The notes below the pieces were generated by a model. The model ran no database searches and had not been told where the DNA came from. It saw nothing but the letters and a program-made list of their open reading frames with translations. A DNA stretch of 64,000 bases from positions 52,818-116,817 of the forward strand of contig JAWVEY010000008.1 of the NCBI GenBank assembly GCA_033856515.1, in the 5' to 3' direction. The DNA comes from Solirubrobacterales bacterium (GTDB lineage Bacteria > Actinomycetota > Thermoleophilia > Solirubrobacterales > 70-9). Positions within the stretch are counted from its first letter, which is position 1, and every line of letters starts with the position of its first letter. Position numbers and translations under genes: made by a program. Below are positions 46,595 through 55,493 of this stretch, piece after piece.

Positions 46595-47943
46595 GCCACT
46601 CCCATGGCAAAGGAGCGCTGGCGGAAAGCGACCTGGCCGGCGACGATCGTCATCTGCGAGCGACCCCGGAGCTTGCGGCCGGCGAAGCACGAGTTCTCCG
46701 AGCGGCTCTCCCAACCGTCGGCGCCCGCCTCCCACTCGGCGTCGAGGTCGATCAGGGCAACGTTGGCCTCTGAGTCGGGGGTCAGGCTCGGTGCGTCGAA
46801 GCCGAAGGCGGTGGCGCCGGCCGAGAGTCGCTCGACGACCGTGGCGAGGTCGAGGATTCCGGGCACGACGAGTTCTGTGTGAAGGACGGCGAAGGCCGTC
46901 TCGAGGCCGGTCACACCCATCGAGGCTTCCTCGAACGGGACCTCCTTGTCCTCGAGCGTGTGGGGCGCGTGATCGGTTGCGATCGTGTCGATCAGGCCGG
47001 AGCGGACCGCCTCGATCAGCGCCTGGCGGTCGTCCTCCGAGCGAAGCGGCGGATTCATCTTGAAGCGGGAGTCGAGGGAGCGGACGGCGTCGTCCGTGAG
47101 CGTCAGGTGATGCGGCGTGGCCTCGCAGGTGATCTGCACGCCCTGTGCCCTGGCGGCCTCGACCACTTCGACCGACTCGCGCGCCGAGAGGTGCTGGACG
47201 TGGATGCGGGCGTTCTCGTAAGCGGCGAGGGCGCAGTCGCGGGCGATCATCGTCGACTCGGAGACGGACGGGACGCCGGCCATGCCAAGGAGCGCCGCGA
47301 CCTCGCCCTCGTGCATGACGCCCTTGCCGGAGAGCTCGGGGTCCTCCTCGTGAAGCGCGATCTGGAGGCCGGCTAGCGCCTGGTACTGGAGGGCGCGCCG
47401 CATGACCCGGGCGCTTCGAATCGGCAGGCCGTCGTCGGAGAAGCCGACTGCGCCGGCGTCGCGAAGCTCCGCCATGTCGGTGAGCTCCTCGCCGCGCATG
47501 CCGCGCGTGACGGTGGCGACGAATCCGACGGGAACGGTGGCATCGGTTTGCGCGCGCTCGCGAAGCGACTCGATCGCTGCGGGGGTATCGACCGGGGGCT
47601 CGGTGTTGGCCATGCCGATGATCCCGCAGTAGCCGCCGGCTGCCGCGGCGCGGCTTCCCGTCTCGATGTCCTCCTTGTCCTCGCGCCCGGGCGTCCGCAG
47701 GTGGACGTGCGGGTCGAAGAAGGCGGGAACGGCGAGGAGACCGTCAGCGTCCACCACCTCGGCTCCTTCGACGTCCGCTTTGCCGGCCGCTGCGAGCTCG
47801 GCGATCTTGCCGTCGCGGATGACCAGGTCGTGGGCGGTGTCGATCTCGGCGCGCGGGTCGAGGGCGCGGACGTTCCGCAGGATGACCGTCTCCGCGGGAC
47901 CGTTTGCCCCGCGCCAGTCCAGGCTCGAAACGGCGCGGCTCAT
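46591..47943 (-). CDS. pyrC: dihydroorotase
   Basis: DPHVHLRTPG metal motif and DHAPH motif. Confidence 0.93.
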   Translation of the reverse strand: MSRAVSSLDWRGANGPAETVILRNVRALDPRAEIDTAHDLVIRDGKIAELAAAGKADVEGAEVVDADGLLAVPAFFDPHVHLRTPGREDKEDIETGSRAAAAGGYCGIIGMANTEPPVDTPAAIESLRERAQTDATVPVGFVATVTRGMRGEELTDMAELRDAGAVGFSDDGLPIRSARVMRRALQYQALAGLQIALHEEDPELSGKGVMHEGEVAALLGMAGVPSVSESTMIARDCALAAYENARIHVQHLSARESVEVVEAARAQGVQITCEATPHHLTLTDDAVRSLDSRFKMNPPLRSEDDRQALIEAVRSGLIDTIATDHAPHTLEDKEVPFEEASMGVTGLETAFAVLHTELVVPGILDLATVVERLSAGATAFGFDAPSLTPDSEANVALIDLDAEWEAGADGWESRSENSCFAGRKLRGRSQMTIVAGQVAFRQRSFAMGVA

Positions 47944-48911
47944 GCCGGCTCACCGATCGGAGTGGGCGCTGGGAGCTCGGCGTCCGGGTCGAGACGCCCG
48001 GCCTTCGTGCGGTCGCCGCCCGCGAGAAGCTCGAAGAGGATCGCCATCCGAACGAACAGGCCGTTCTTGACCTGCTCGTTCACCAGGGAGTTGGGGCCGT
48101 CCAGCGCCTCTCCGGAGAGCTCGACGCCGCGATTGACAGGGCCGGGGTGCATCAGAAGCTGGCGCGGCCCCAGGCGGCGGCCGTTGACCTGGTACTGGAT
48201 GGCGTACTCGCGCAGCGAGGGGACGAAGCTCTCCGACATGCGCTCCTTCTGCATGCGCAGGGCGTAGACCACGTCTGCCTCGGCGAGGCCCTCGATGTCG
48301 TAGGTGACCTCGCAGCCGAGCGCCGCGGCGGCGTCGCGCGGAATCAACGTTGGCGGCCCGCAGAGCGTGACCTCCGCGCCCATGAGGCGAAAGGCCATTG
48401 CGGAGGAGCGGGCGACGCGGCTATGGAGGACGTCGCCGACGATCCAGATCTTCTTGCCGTCGAGTGAGTCGAGGCGGCTGCGCAACGTGTAGACGTCCAG
48501 AAGCGCCTGGCTCGGGTGCTCGTGCTTGCCGTCGCCCGCGTTGATGACGGCGGCGTCGGTCCAGTTGGTGACGAGCTTTGCCGCGCCGGCGTGAGGCGAG
48601 CGGATGACGATCGCTTCGGGCTCGAAGGAGGAGAGCGTCGCGATCGTGTCCTTGAGCGACTCGCCCTTGTCGACGGAGGAGCCGGCGGCCTTGATCGAGA
48701 CGAGGTCGGCGGAGAGGCGCTTTGCGGCAAGCTCGAAGGAGGCGCTTGTGCGCGTGGAGGACTCGTAGAAGAGCGAGACGACGGTGCGCCCCCGGAGAGT
48801 TGGAACCTTCTTGATGTCGCGCGTGGCAACCTCGGCGAAGGAATCGGCGCGCTCCATCAGGCGCTCCACGTCAGAGCGGTTGAGATCGTCGATCGAGAGC
48901 AGGTGCCTCAT
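47940..48911 (-). CDS. pyrB: aspartate carbamoyltransferase catalytic subunit
   Basis: STRTSASFE, HPSQ and HPGP motifs. Confidence 0.96.
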   Translation of the reverse strand: MRHLLSIDDLNRSDVERLMERADSFAEVATRDIKKVPTLRGRTVVSLFYESSTRTSASFELAAKRLSADLVSIKAAGSSVDKGESLKDTIATLSSFEPEAIVIRSPHAGAAKLVTNWTDAAVINAGDGKHEHPSQALLDVYTLRSRLDSLDGKKIWIVGDVLHSRVARSSAMAFRLMGAEVTLCGPPTLIPRDAAAALGCEVTYDIEGLAEADVVYALRMQKERMSESFVPSLREYAIQYQVNGRRLGPRQLLMHPGPVNRGVELSGEALDGPNSLVNEQVKNGLFVRMAILFELLAGGDRTKAGRLDPDAELPAPTPIGEPA

Positions 48912-49480
48912 GCGTCCTCGCTTTCCGTTGCAGCGCCGACCGGCTCTCCAGAGCCGATCGCCACCTCATCCACCTCGTCGTGCTCTTCGAGCCTCACGAA
49001 GACGCGCTCGTCGCGTGAGGTCGGCAGGTTCTTGCCGACGTAGTCGGCGCGGAAGGGAAGCTCGCGGTGCCCGCGGTCGGCCAGGACTGCGAGCTGGATG
49101 CGCTCGGGCCGGCCGTAGTCGAAGAGGGCGTCGATGGCGGCGCGGACCGTGCGCCCGGTGAAGAGGACGTCGTCGACCAGGACGACGGTGCGCCCGTTCA
49201 TTTCGAAGTCGAGGTGCGAGGCGTGGACGACGGGCGAGCCGGAGGGGCCACGGTCTTCGATGTCGTCGCGGTAGAAGGAAATGTCGATGTCTCCCAAGGG
49301 GACGGTCTCGCCCGTGAGCTCGCCGACGAGGGTGTGGAGGCGGCGGGCGACGATCGCTCCGCGGGTGTGAATGCCAACGATCGCGAGCGCCTCGGAAGCG
49401 TTCTTTTCGACGATCTCGTGCGCAATCCGGATCAGGGTTCGGCGCAGGTCATCACGGTCGAGTACGACTTTTTCGTTCAC
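48908..49480 (-). CDS. pyrR: bifunctional pyr operon regulator / uracil phosphoribosyltransferase PyrR
   Basis: PRPP motif VVLVDDVLFTGRT. The track ORF (331 aa) was trimmed to GTG 49480 (190 aa), which is preceded by AAGAAGGGG. Confidence 0.92.
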   Translation of the reverse strand: MNEKVVLDRDDLRRTLIRIAHEIVEKNASEALAIVGIHTRGAIVARRLHTLVGELTGETVPLGDIDISFYRDDIEDRGPSGSPVVHASHLDFEMNGRTVVLVDDVLFTGRTVRAAIDALFDYGRPERIQLAVLADRGHRELPFRADYVGKNLPTSRDERVFVRLEEHDEVDEVAIGSGEPVGAATESEDA

Positions 49481-49530
49481 GCGCCCCTTCTTGGCCTCAC
49501 AGGGCCTGGTTAAAGGAACCGACCTGTCGA
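49481..49530 (-). promoter_or_regulatory. putative PyrR-binding RNA loop in the pyrR leader, overlapping the SD
   Basis: Minus strand GGUUCCUUUAACCAGGCCCUGUGAGGCCAAGAAGGGGCGC-GUG. Resembles, from memory, the Bacillus pyr binding loop CUUUAA..CAGUCCAGAGAGGCUG.AGAAGG. Confidence 0.55.
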
Positions 49531-49614
49531 GACTAGCAACGGTCCCGGCGCGTGGCAATGGCGAATCCGCAAGTTGCGGGTGCCATGATCCGACTCGTGC
49601 CTCCCGTGCGAAAG

Positions 49615-50535
49615 ATGCACATGCCTCGCCGGAACGTCCGGCCTCCCAGCCGGCTGCGTGAGATCGATCAGGACGTGAATGATGCGATCGCGCGTCATTC
49701 GGCTGCGGGGATGCGGTTCGAGGCAGGTGGCGTGCGGGCGTTTGCACGCCAGCAGGGCGAGGGCGCTGACGTGGTGTTGCTCCACGGCGTGCCGACTTCT
49801 TCGTTCCTCTATCGAAGGGTGCTTCCGGTGCTGGCGGACCAGGGGCTACGCGGTACGGCGTTCGACTTCCCTGGCCTTGGGCTCTCGGACCGGCCGGCGC
49901 CATTCAACTACTCGTGGTCGGGGCTGGCGTCCTGGACGGGCGAAGCGATTGATGCGCTTGGACTCGACCGCGTTCACCTGGTCGTCCACGACATCGGCGG
50001 CCCGATCGGCCTGGAGTGGGCGATCCACAATCCGGATCGGGTTCTGTCAGTGACTGTCTTGAACACGGTGCTCGACGTCGCGAACTTCAGGCGCCCGTGG
50101 CCGATGGCTCCGTTCGCGGTTCCCGGAATCGGCGAGATGTGGCTACGCCTCAGCCCCCGCTTCCTCTTCTCCGAGATCTTCTATTCGCAGGGGATCGTCG
50201 ATCGCACGCACGTCCCTCGCTCCCAGGTCTACGCGCACATCGCGCTCCTGCGCCTCCATGACCGCGGTCGTGCCTTCCTCGAGATCATGCGCGGCTTCGA
50301 GCTCGGCGAGGAGAAGGAGCGGTTCTTCCGCGAGGGGCTCGCCGATCGCCCGTACCCCATCCGCGCGGTGTGGGGCGAGAAGGACCCGGCGCTTGGCCTC
50401 GATCGCCTCGAGGCGGCTAAGGAGATCCTTGGCCTGGACGACGCGATCCTCCTCCCCGCCAAGCACTTCCTTCAGGAGGACCACGCCGGGGAAGTCGCGC
50501 AGGCGATCGCAGACCTGGCCGCTCCGCTCGGCTGA
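49615..50535 (+). CDS. alpha/beta hydrolase (haloalkane dehalogenase-like)
   Basis: VVLLHGVPTSSFLYRRV and VVHDIGGP (Asp nucleophile elbow). The track start at 49552 would overlap the pyrR leader, so an internal ATG was chosen. The start is uncertain. Confidence 0.75.
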   Translation: MHMPRRNVRPPSRLREIDQDVNDAIARHSAAGMRFEAGGVRAFARQQGEGADVVLLHGVPTSSFLYRRVLPVLADQGLRGTAFDFPGLGLSDRPAPFNYSWSGLASWTGEAIDALGLDRVHLVVHDIGGPIGLEWAIHNPDRVLSVTVLNTVLDVANFRRPWPMAPFAVPGIGEMWLRLSPRFLFSEIFYSQGIVDRTHVPRSQVYAHIALLRLHDRGRAFLEIMRGFELGEEKERFFREGLADRPYPIRAVWGEKDPALGLDRLEAAKEILGLDDAILLPAKHFLQEDHAGEVAQAIADLAAPLG

Positions 50536-50570
50536 TATCGGTGTTTGGTTGGCGCCGCCGGCGGCTTCGG

Positions 50571-51356
50571 CTACGGGTTGAGACAGAGGGCGTATGCCCT
50601 TAACGTGCCGCTGTTGTCCGACGACGAGTTGTTCCCCACCACATCCCAAGTGACGGGATTAAGCGCCTCACCGCTCGGACTGCTCTCCTCGATATGGATG
50701 TTGCTGCCCGAAGCATCGAATCCACCGGAGAGGAGCGCCGCACCGTCTGGGCATGTCGCCGTGCGATGGATCCGCTCCAGCGGCGAGAGCGTCGCCTCGG
50801 CGCCCGAGATCAAGGTGATCGAGCCGAGCTCGCCGGAGAGGACCGCGTCGTTTTGGATCTCCGCCGAGCCGACGGTGTTGAAGGCGATCTCCGACGAGCC
50901 GACCCCGTTGGTAATGATCTCCGAGCTGCCGACCGCGTCGGCACCTACCTCAGATGAACCCACTGCGCTGGAAGCGATCTCCGACGCGCCAACGGCGTCA
51001 GCGGCGATCTCGCTCGTGCCAACCGCGCCTGAGGCGATCTCCGACGAGCCCACCGCGTTGATCCCGATCTCGGCGGATCCCACCGCGCCGGTCGCAATCG
51101 CGTTCGAACCGACCGCGCCGGTGGCGATCTCATTGGTGTGAACCGCGCCGACGCCGATCTCCTCCTCGCCCACCGCGGCTTCTGCGATGTCCTGCGCCTT
51201 GACCTCGCTGTCCTTTATGTGCTTCGACCGGACCGCATCGTCGGCGAGATCGCCGGCGCCGATCTGTCCCGCCGCATACGCGCTGGTGCCACCAAGGGCA
51301 ACTACGAGAGCAAGGGTCGAGGCAACGTTCGGGTAGTTGAGCACGGGCCGCTTCAT
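50571..51356 (-). CDS. secreted protein with 15 decapeptide repeats and a Cys-containing C-terminal domain
   Basis: Signal peptide MKRPVLNYPNVASTLALVVALGGTSAYAAG. Residues 31-180 have strict period 10 (xxAVGSSEIA). C-terminal ~80 aa are non-repetitive. Confidence 0.7.
   Translation of the reverse strand: MKRPVLNYPNVASTLALVVALGGTSAYAAGQIGAGDLADDAVRSKHIKDSEVKAQDIAEAAVGEEEIGVGAVHTNEIATGAVGSNAIATGAVGSAEIGINAVGSSEIASGAVGTSEIAADAVGASEIASSAVGSSEVGADAVGSSEIITNGVGSSEIAFNTVGSAEIQNDAVLSGELGSITLISGAEATLSPLERIHRTATCPDGAALLSGGFDASGSNIHIEESSPSGEALNPVTWDVVGNNSSSDNSGTLRAYALCLNP
50817..51266 (-). repeat. 15 x 30-nt in-frame tandem repeat inside CDS 50571-51356
   Basis: The peptide register AV.S.EI recurs every 10 residues, e.g. 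ATGAVGSNAI ATGAVGSAEI GINAVGSSEI ASGAVGTSEI AADAVGASEI. Confidence 0.8.
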
Positions 51357-51644
51357 CTTTTCCTCCGCTGGAAGCGAGGGCGGCGCGAGCGCGAGCAGGC
51401 GGCTGGCGTAACGCCGTTCCCCCTAATCTGCGCGCAGGCTACCACCAGGATCCGTGGCGCGCGCCGGGTGCTGAGGTAGCCCGGCGGCGGGGTCCGGACA
51501 GCCCCTGCCGGGGTCCAGCATCCATGCTTCACCGAACCGGCCGGGCATCCATGCCCGTTCGGAGCCCCCGTCAGGAGCTATTCCGAACCCCGCCGCTTGT
51601 GGTCTTGCTTCGCTCCCCGCTCGACAAGGCGTGGCTTCTGGGCC

Positions 51645-52613
51645 CTACAGGGGACTGCCCGACTCCCCGCCGCCGCTTGAGCCAGCTTTCGCGCCGCGCT
51701 CGATCAGGCGGGGCTCGCCACGCTCGGGGAATGGGATCTCGATCACGTCGAAGTCGCGGGGCGCGATGGCGCCCGGGAATTCCTCGCGCGCCTCGTCAAG
51801 CACCGCGCCGACGTGGTAGCGCGACGAGATGTGGACGAGCGCGAGCATGCGCACGTGTGCCTCTGCGGCGAGCTTCGCGGCCTGGCGGGCCGTTGAGTGC
51901 TTCGTCTCGTGCGCGCGCTGGGCTTCGTCGTCGGCAAAGCTCGCCTCGTGGACGAGGAGCTCGGCCGCGTGGGCGGCGACGAGCGCGAGCTCGCACGGCT
52001 CGGTGTCGCCGGTGACGACGACCTTGCGGCCGGTGCGAGTCTCCCCCATCACCTGCGCCGGCTCGACGCCATTCACGCTTTCGCCGGCCTGAAGGCGGGC
52101 GAAGTCAGGGCCGGGGCTGACGCCCAGGCGCTCGGCTTCCGCGGGATCGAAGCGGCCGGGTCGCTCGTCCTCGACCAGGGCATAGCCGAAGGCACGAACG
52201 CGATGCTCGACCTCGAACGGCCGCATCTCGTACGTGTCGTAGCGGACGGGCGCGGACCCGCTCAGCTCGATCAGCTCGAGCGGATACGAAACGTTTCCCA
52301 TGATCCGCCGCAGCGCGACGAAGAGCTCGTCGAGGCCGGGCGGGCCGAAGATGCGAAGCGGAGTCTCCCGCCCGTTCAGCTCATAGGTCTTGAGCAGGCC
52401 AGGGACGCCTAGGTAGTGGTCGGCGTGGTAGTGCGTGATGTAGAGGTCGTCGACCTGGACGAGCCCCGTCGAACGCTGCATCTGGCGCTGAGCCCCCTCA
52501 CCGCAGTCGATGAGGATGCGATCACCGCCCGCACGGACGAGCAGGCACGCCGTAGCCCTCCGAGCCGTCGGCACGGAGCCACCGGTGCCAAGAAAGACAA
52601 CGTCGAGGTCCAT
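51645..52613 (-). CDS. rnz: ribonuclease Z
   Basis: FLGTGGSVP, THYHADH; metallo-beta-lactamase fold. Confidence 0.92.
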   Translation of the reverse strand: MDLDVVFLGTGGSVPTARRATACLLVRAGGDRILIDCGEGAQRQMQRSTGLVQVDDLYITHYHADHYLGVPGLLKTYELNGRETPLRIFGPPGLDELFVALRRIMGNVSYPLELIELSGSAPVRYDTYEMRPFEVEHRVRAFGYALVEDERPGRFDPAEAERLGVSPGPDFARLQAGESVNGVEPAQVMGETRTGRKVVVTGDTEPCELALVAAHAAELLVHEASFADDEAQRAHETKHSTARQAAKLAAEAHVRMLALVHISSRYHVGAVLDEAREEFPGAIAPRDFDVIEIPFPERGEPRLIERGAKAGSSGGGESGSPL

Positions 52614-52707
52614 GGAGGCGAGAGTAACGGCGACACCCGCATGTGTACTCCGGCTTTCGCCCAGCGGTAGCGGGAGTACACACGCGGGCGTAAGCTGAGA
52701 CCAATCG

Positions 52708-52780
52708 GCGCCCGTAGCTCAGTGGATAGAGCGCCACCCTCCGGAGGTGGAAGTCGCAGGTTCGAATCCTGCCGGGCGCG
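52708..52780 (+). tRNA. tRNA-Arg (anticodon CCG), no encoded CCA
   Basis: Cloverleaf folded by hand: acceptor GCGCCCG/CGGGCGC, D arm GCUC-AGUGGAUA-GAGC, anticodon arm CCACC-CUCCGGA-GGUGG, T arm GCAGG-UUCGAAU-CCUGC, discriminator G. Confidence 0.9.
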
Positions 52781-53692
52781 TTACGGGTTGTGCTGCACGT
52801 GCCACCACTCGGACGGGATCGTCCCCACCCATCCGTAGGCGTAGCCGATCTGGTCAATCACGTCGCGCATGACCGGCTCTGCGACGTCCACCGCGGTGCC
52901 GGTCTCGTGAGAGCTCGTGCCGGGCGGGTTCGCCGGCGCGCCCTGACCCGATAGGTACAGGTCGTAGAGCTCCTGCTGCTGCGCTGTGGTTCGGTAAGCC
53001 GATGCGGGACCGCCCGGATACAGGTCGACTCCGTAGTTCGAGAGCGAGTCGCTTCGCATCGCGTTCCAGGACTCGGCCGCCGCCGGCTCCAGGGCCAGAT
53101 CGCCCGAAGGAGACGGAATCGTGCCCATCCCCGCAGGCACCGCCGAAGGCGCTGGGATCGCAAGGCTTATCCCCTCGACCAGGATGCCAGCGGGATCGAG
53201 GCCGTTCACGGCCGCAAGGTCAGCAACGGTGACGCTGTTCGCAGCTGCGATCGAGGACAGGGTCTCGCCGTACACGACCGTGTGCGAGCCCGCCGAAGCG
53301 GCAGGGGCCGCCGGAGCCACCGCAGTGGTATCCGTGGCGACGGTCTCCGTGGTAGCGGGCGATCCGGGCACGATGCCGGCGTTCACAAGCGCCACGGCTC
53401 CCTCATCGACGGTCGGCACCTGGATCGTCTGTCCCACGACCACCGGCGTGTCCTCTGACATCCCGTTGAAGACGGCCACGGTCCGGGTCGTCAGGTTGTT
53501 CGCCGCCGAGATCGACCACAACGTCTCCCCAGGCGCGACGATGTGGGGCGCGCTGGCGCGTGCGGAAGTCGAGTGCGCGAGACCCGCCACGATCGCAGCG
53601 CAAGCGATCACAACCTGGCGCTTGCGCCCGTCCCATCTCTGAATTGGCGACACCGACCGACTCCTTCCATCAGTTACCCCCGAAGGGGTCAC
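52781..53692 (-). CDS. LysM-domain peptidoglycan hydrolase (M15B / VanY-type D-Ala-D-Ala carboxypeptidase)
   Basis: Two LysM repeats (HIVAPGETLWSISAANNL...; HTVVYGETLSSIAAANSV...). C-terminal SSHETGTAVD...WWH zinc motifs. Confidence 0.8.
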   Translation of the reverse strand: MTPSGVTDGRSRSVSPIQRWDGRKRQVVIACAAIVAGLAHSTSARASAPHIVAPGETLWSISAANNLTTRTVAVFNGMSEDTPVVVGQTIQVPTVDEGAVALVNAGIVPGSPATTETVATDTTAVAPAAPAASAGSHTVVYGETLSSIAAANSVTVADLAAVNGLDPAGILVEGISLAIPAPSAVPAGMGTIPSPSGDLALEPAAAESWNAMRSDSLSNYGVDLYPGGPASAYRTTAQQQELYDLYLSGQGAPANPPGTSSHETGTAVDVAEPVMRDVIDQIGYAYGWVGTIPSEWWHVQHNP

Positions 53693-53775
53693 TTACGGTG
53701 CGCCCGCCCCCGCTCCTCGCCGGATTGACCGCGGTTACGCGCCCTGCAAGCGACTGCCCCGCCTAGGATGGGCCG

Positions 53776-55032
53776 ATGCCCGGCCGAGACATCGACGTGA
53801 CCCTCTTCGGCGCCACTAGCGTCACGGGCCGCCAGATCGCCAAGTACCTCGCGCAGCGAGCCCCGGAAGTGAGCGCCACATGGGCCGCCGCGGCGCGCAG
53901 CCCCGAGAAGCTCTCATCGACACTCGCCGACGTCGGCGTCGAAGGTGCGACGACGATCGCGGCGGACGTCACCGACCCCGACTCGCTCAAGGCGATGGCC
54001 GAGCGCACCAGGGTCGTCCTCAACCTCGTCGGCCCATACACCTCATACGGCCGCCCGGTGATCGACGCCTGCGTCGCCGACGGCGCCCACTACGTCGACC
54101 TTTCGGGCGAGATGCCGTTCGTCTCCAGAACCACGCGCGACGTCCACGCCGAAGCCGAGAGGGCCGGCGTCAAGGTCGTCCAGGTCTGCGGCTTCGAGTC
54201 CCTGCCGCCCGACATGGGCGTCGCCCTCGCCGCGGAGACAGCACGTGAGCGTCACTCGGAAGAGCTTGCATCCGTCGAGGTCGCCGTGCGGACCCTCCAG
54301 TTGCCCCCGGGAATACCCCGCCTCACCGACATGGTCTCCGGCGGCACGATGCAGAGCCTCGCCCAGGCGGTCGGCGAGCACGATGCGGAGCGCATTCTGG
54401 ATCCTGCCGCCATGGTCTTCGACGAGGCGCGCTGCGAGGAGATCCGGCGCATGAGCCCGATCAAGCTTGCGCCGCAGCGGAGTGTGGACGGCGCGGTGCT
54501 GGCGCCCATGGTGCCGGTCGCCTACATCAACCCAGCCGTAATACATCGCTCCGCGGCGCTCTCGGACCGGCCGGTCTTCGCATACCGCGAGGGCATGGCA
54601 ATGGATGGCAGTGCAGCCACGCTTCCCTTCCGCTACGCCGCAGCCGGCACCCTCTCGGGTATCCAGGCCGCAACCAAGGCCGCGGCCGGCGCCCGCACTT
54701 CGATCAGACAGCGCACCTCATCCGTCCTCACCCGCGTCCTCCCCGATTCCGGCTTCGGCCCCCGCCCCGACCGGCTCGAGCAGTGGCGCTGGCGAATGGA
54801 CGTAAACGCCGCGACGATAAGCGGCGAGACCGTCCACGTCCGCATCGACGCGGAGGGCCACCCCGGCTACCTCGCAACCTCGCGCATGATGGGCGAGGCC
54901 GGCCTCGTTCTCGCGGACGACTCGCTCGCAGCAGATCGCGCCGGCTGCCTGACGCCCTCGGTTGCCCTGGGAATCGCGTCGGCGGAGCGCTTCGACGCCG
55001 CCGGCCTGCGCTTCCGCGTCTCCGACGCCTAA
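53776..55032 (+). CDS. saccharopine dehydrogenase-like NAD(P)-binding oxidoreductase
   Basis: N-terminal Rossmann FGATSVTGRQIAKYL. The length and overall pattern fit the Sacchrp_dh / trans-acting enoyl reductase family. Confidence 0.75.
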   Translation: MPGRDIDVTLFGATSVTGRQIAKYLAQRAPEVSATWAAAARSPEKLSSTLADVGVEGATTIAADVTDPDSLKAMAERTRVVLNLVGPYTSYGRPVIDACVADGAHYVDLSGEMPFVSRTTRDVHAEAERAGVKVVQVCGFESLPPDMGVALAAETARERHSEELASVEVAVRTLQLPPGIPRLTDMVSGGTMQSLAQAVGEHDAERILDPAAMVFDEARCEEIRRMSPIKLAPQRSVDGAVLAPMVPVAYINPAVIHRSAALSDRPVFAYREGMAMDGSAATLPFRYAAAGTLSGIQAATKAAAGARTSIRQRTSSVLTRVLPDSGFGPRPDRLEQWRWRMDVNAATISGETVHVRIDAEGHPGYLATSRMMGEAGLVLADDSLAADRAGCLTPSVALGIASAERFDAAGLRFRVSDA

Positions 55033-55061
55033 CAGAGCGCGAGCCGGGTAACGCGGTCTGA

Positions 55062-55493
55062 GTGGAGGAGTTCGTCCTAGATCTGACCAACGGCAACGTC
55101 GCCGAAGTGAAGGTCATCCTCGCGTCGGTGATCGCGGCGCTCGCGATCTACCAGCTGGCGCTTGCCGCCGTCGGCTACGGAAAGCTCCGCCTCCCGTTCC
55201 TTGCGAATCCAGCTGCTCTGCGGGGGCACCGGGCGATCGGCGACACGAGCTTCGCCCTCGCCGTCATCACGGGCGTCATGTGCCTGTCCGTCTACGGCTT
55301 TGAGGACGACGGCGGCATACACGCCGTCGCCGGCGCGATCGTGCTGGGGACACTCGTTGTGAAGACCTGCATCGTCCGGTCCGACAGCCTCAAGATCGGC
55401 CGCCTGCTTCCGCCGCTGGGCATCGCGGTCTTTCTCCTCTTCATGATCACCTGGGCAACCTCAGCCGGCGACTTTTTGATCGAGGGGCCATGA
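55062..55493 (+). CDS. hypothetical integral membrane protein (4 TM)
   Basis: GTG start, four hydrophobic segments, ATGA overlap with the next ORF. Confidence 0.55.
   Translation: MEEFVLDLTNGNVAEVKVILASVIAALAIYQLALAAVGYGKLRLPFLANPAALRGHRAIGDTSFALAVITGVMCLSVYGFEDDGGIHAVAGAIVLGTLVVKTCIVRSDSLKIGRLLPPLGIAVFLLFMITWATSAGDFLIEGP

Noticed and set aside
53693-53775. Cyclic-di-AMP (ydaO-type) riboswitch upstream of the LysM/VanY cell-wall hydrolase, as seen before some actinobacterial cell-wall hydrolase genes.
   Set aside because: The spacer to the divergent gene is only ~83 nt, too short for that element. No conserved motif blocks were recognisable.
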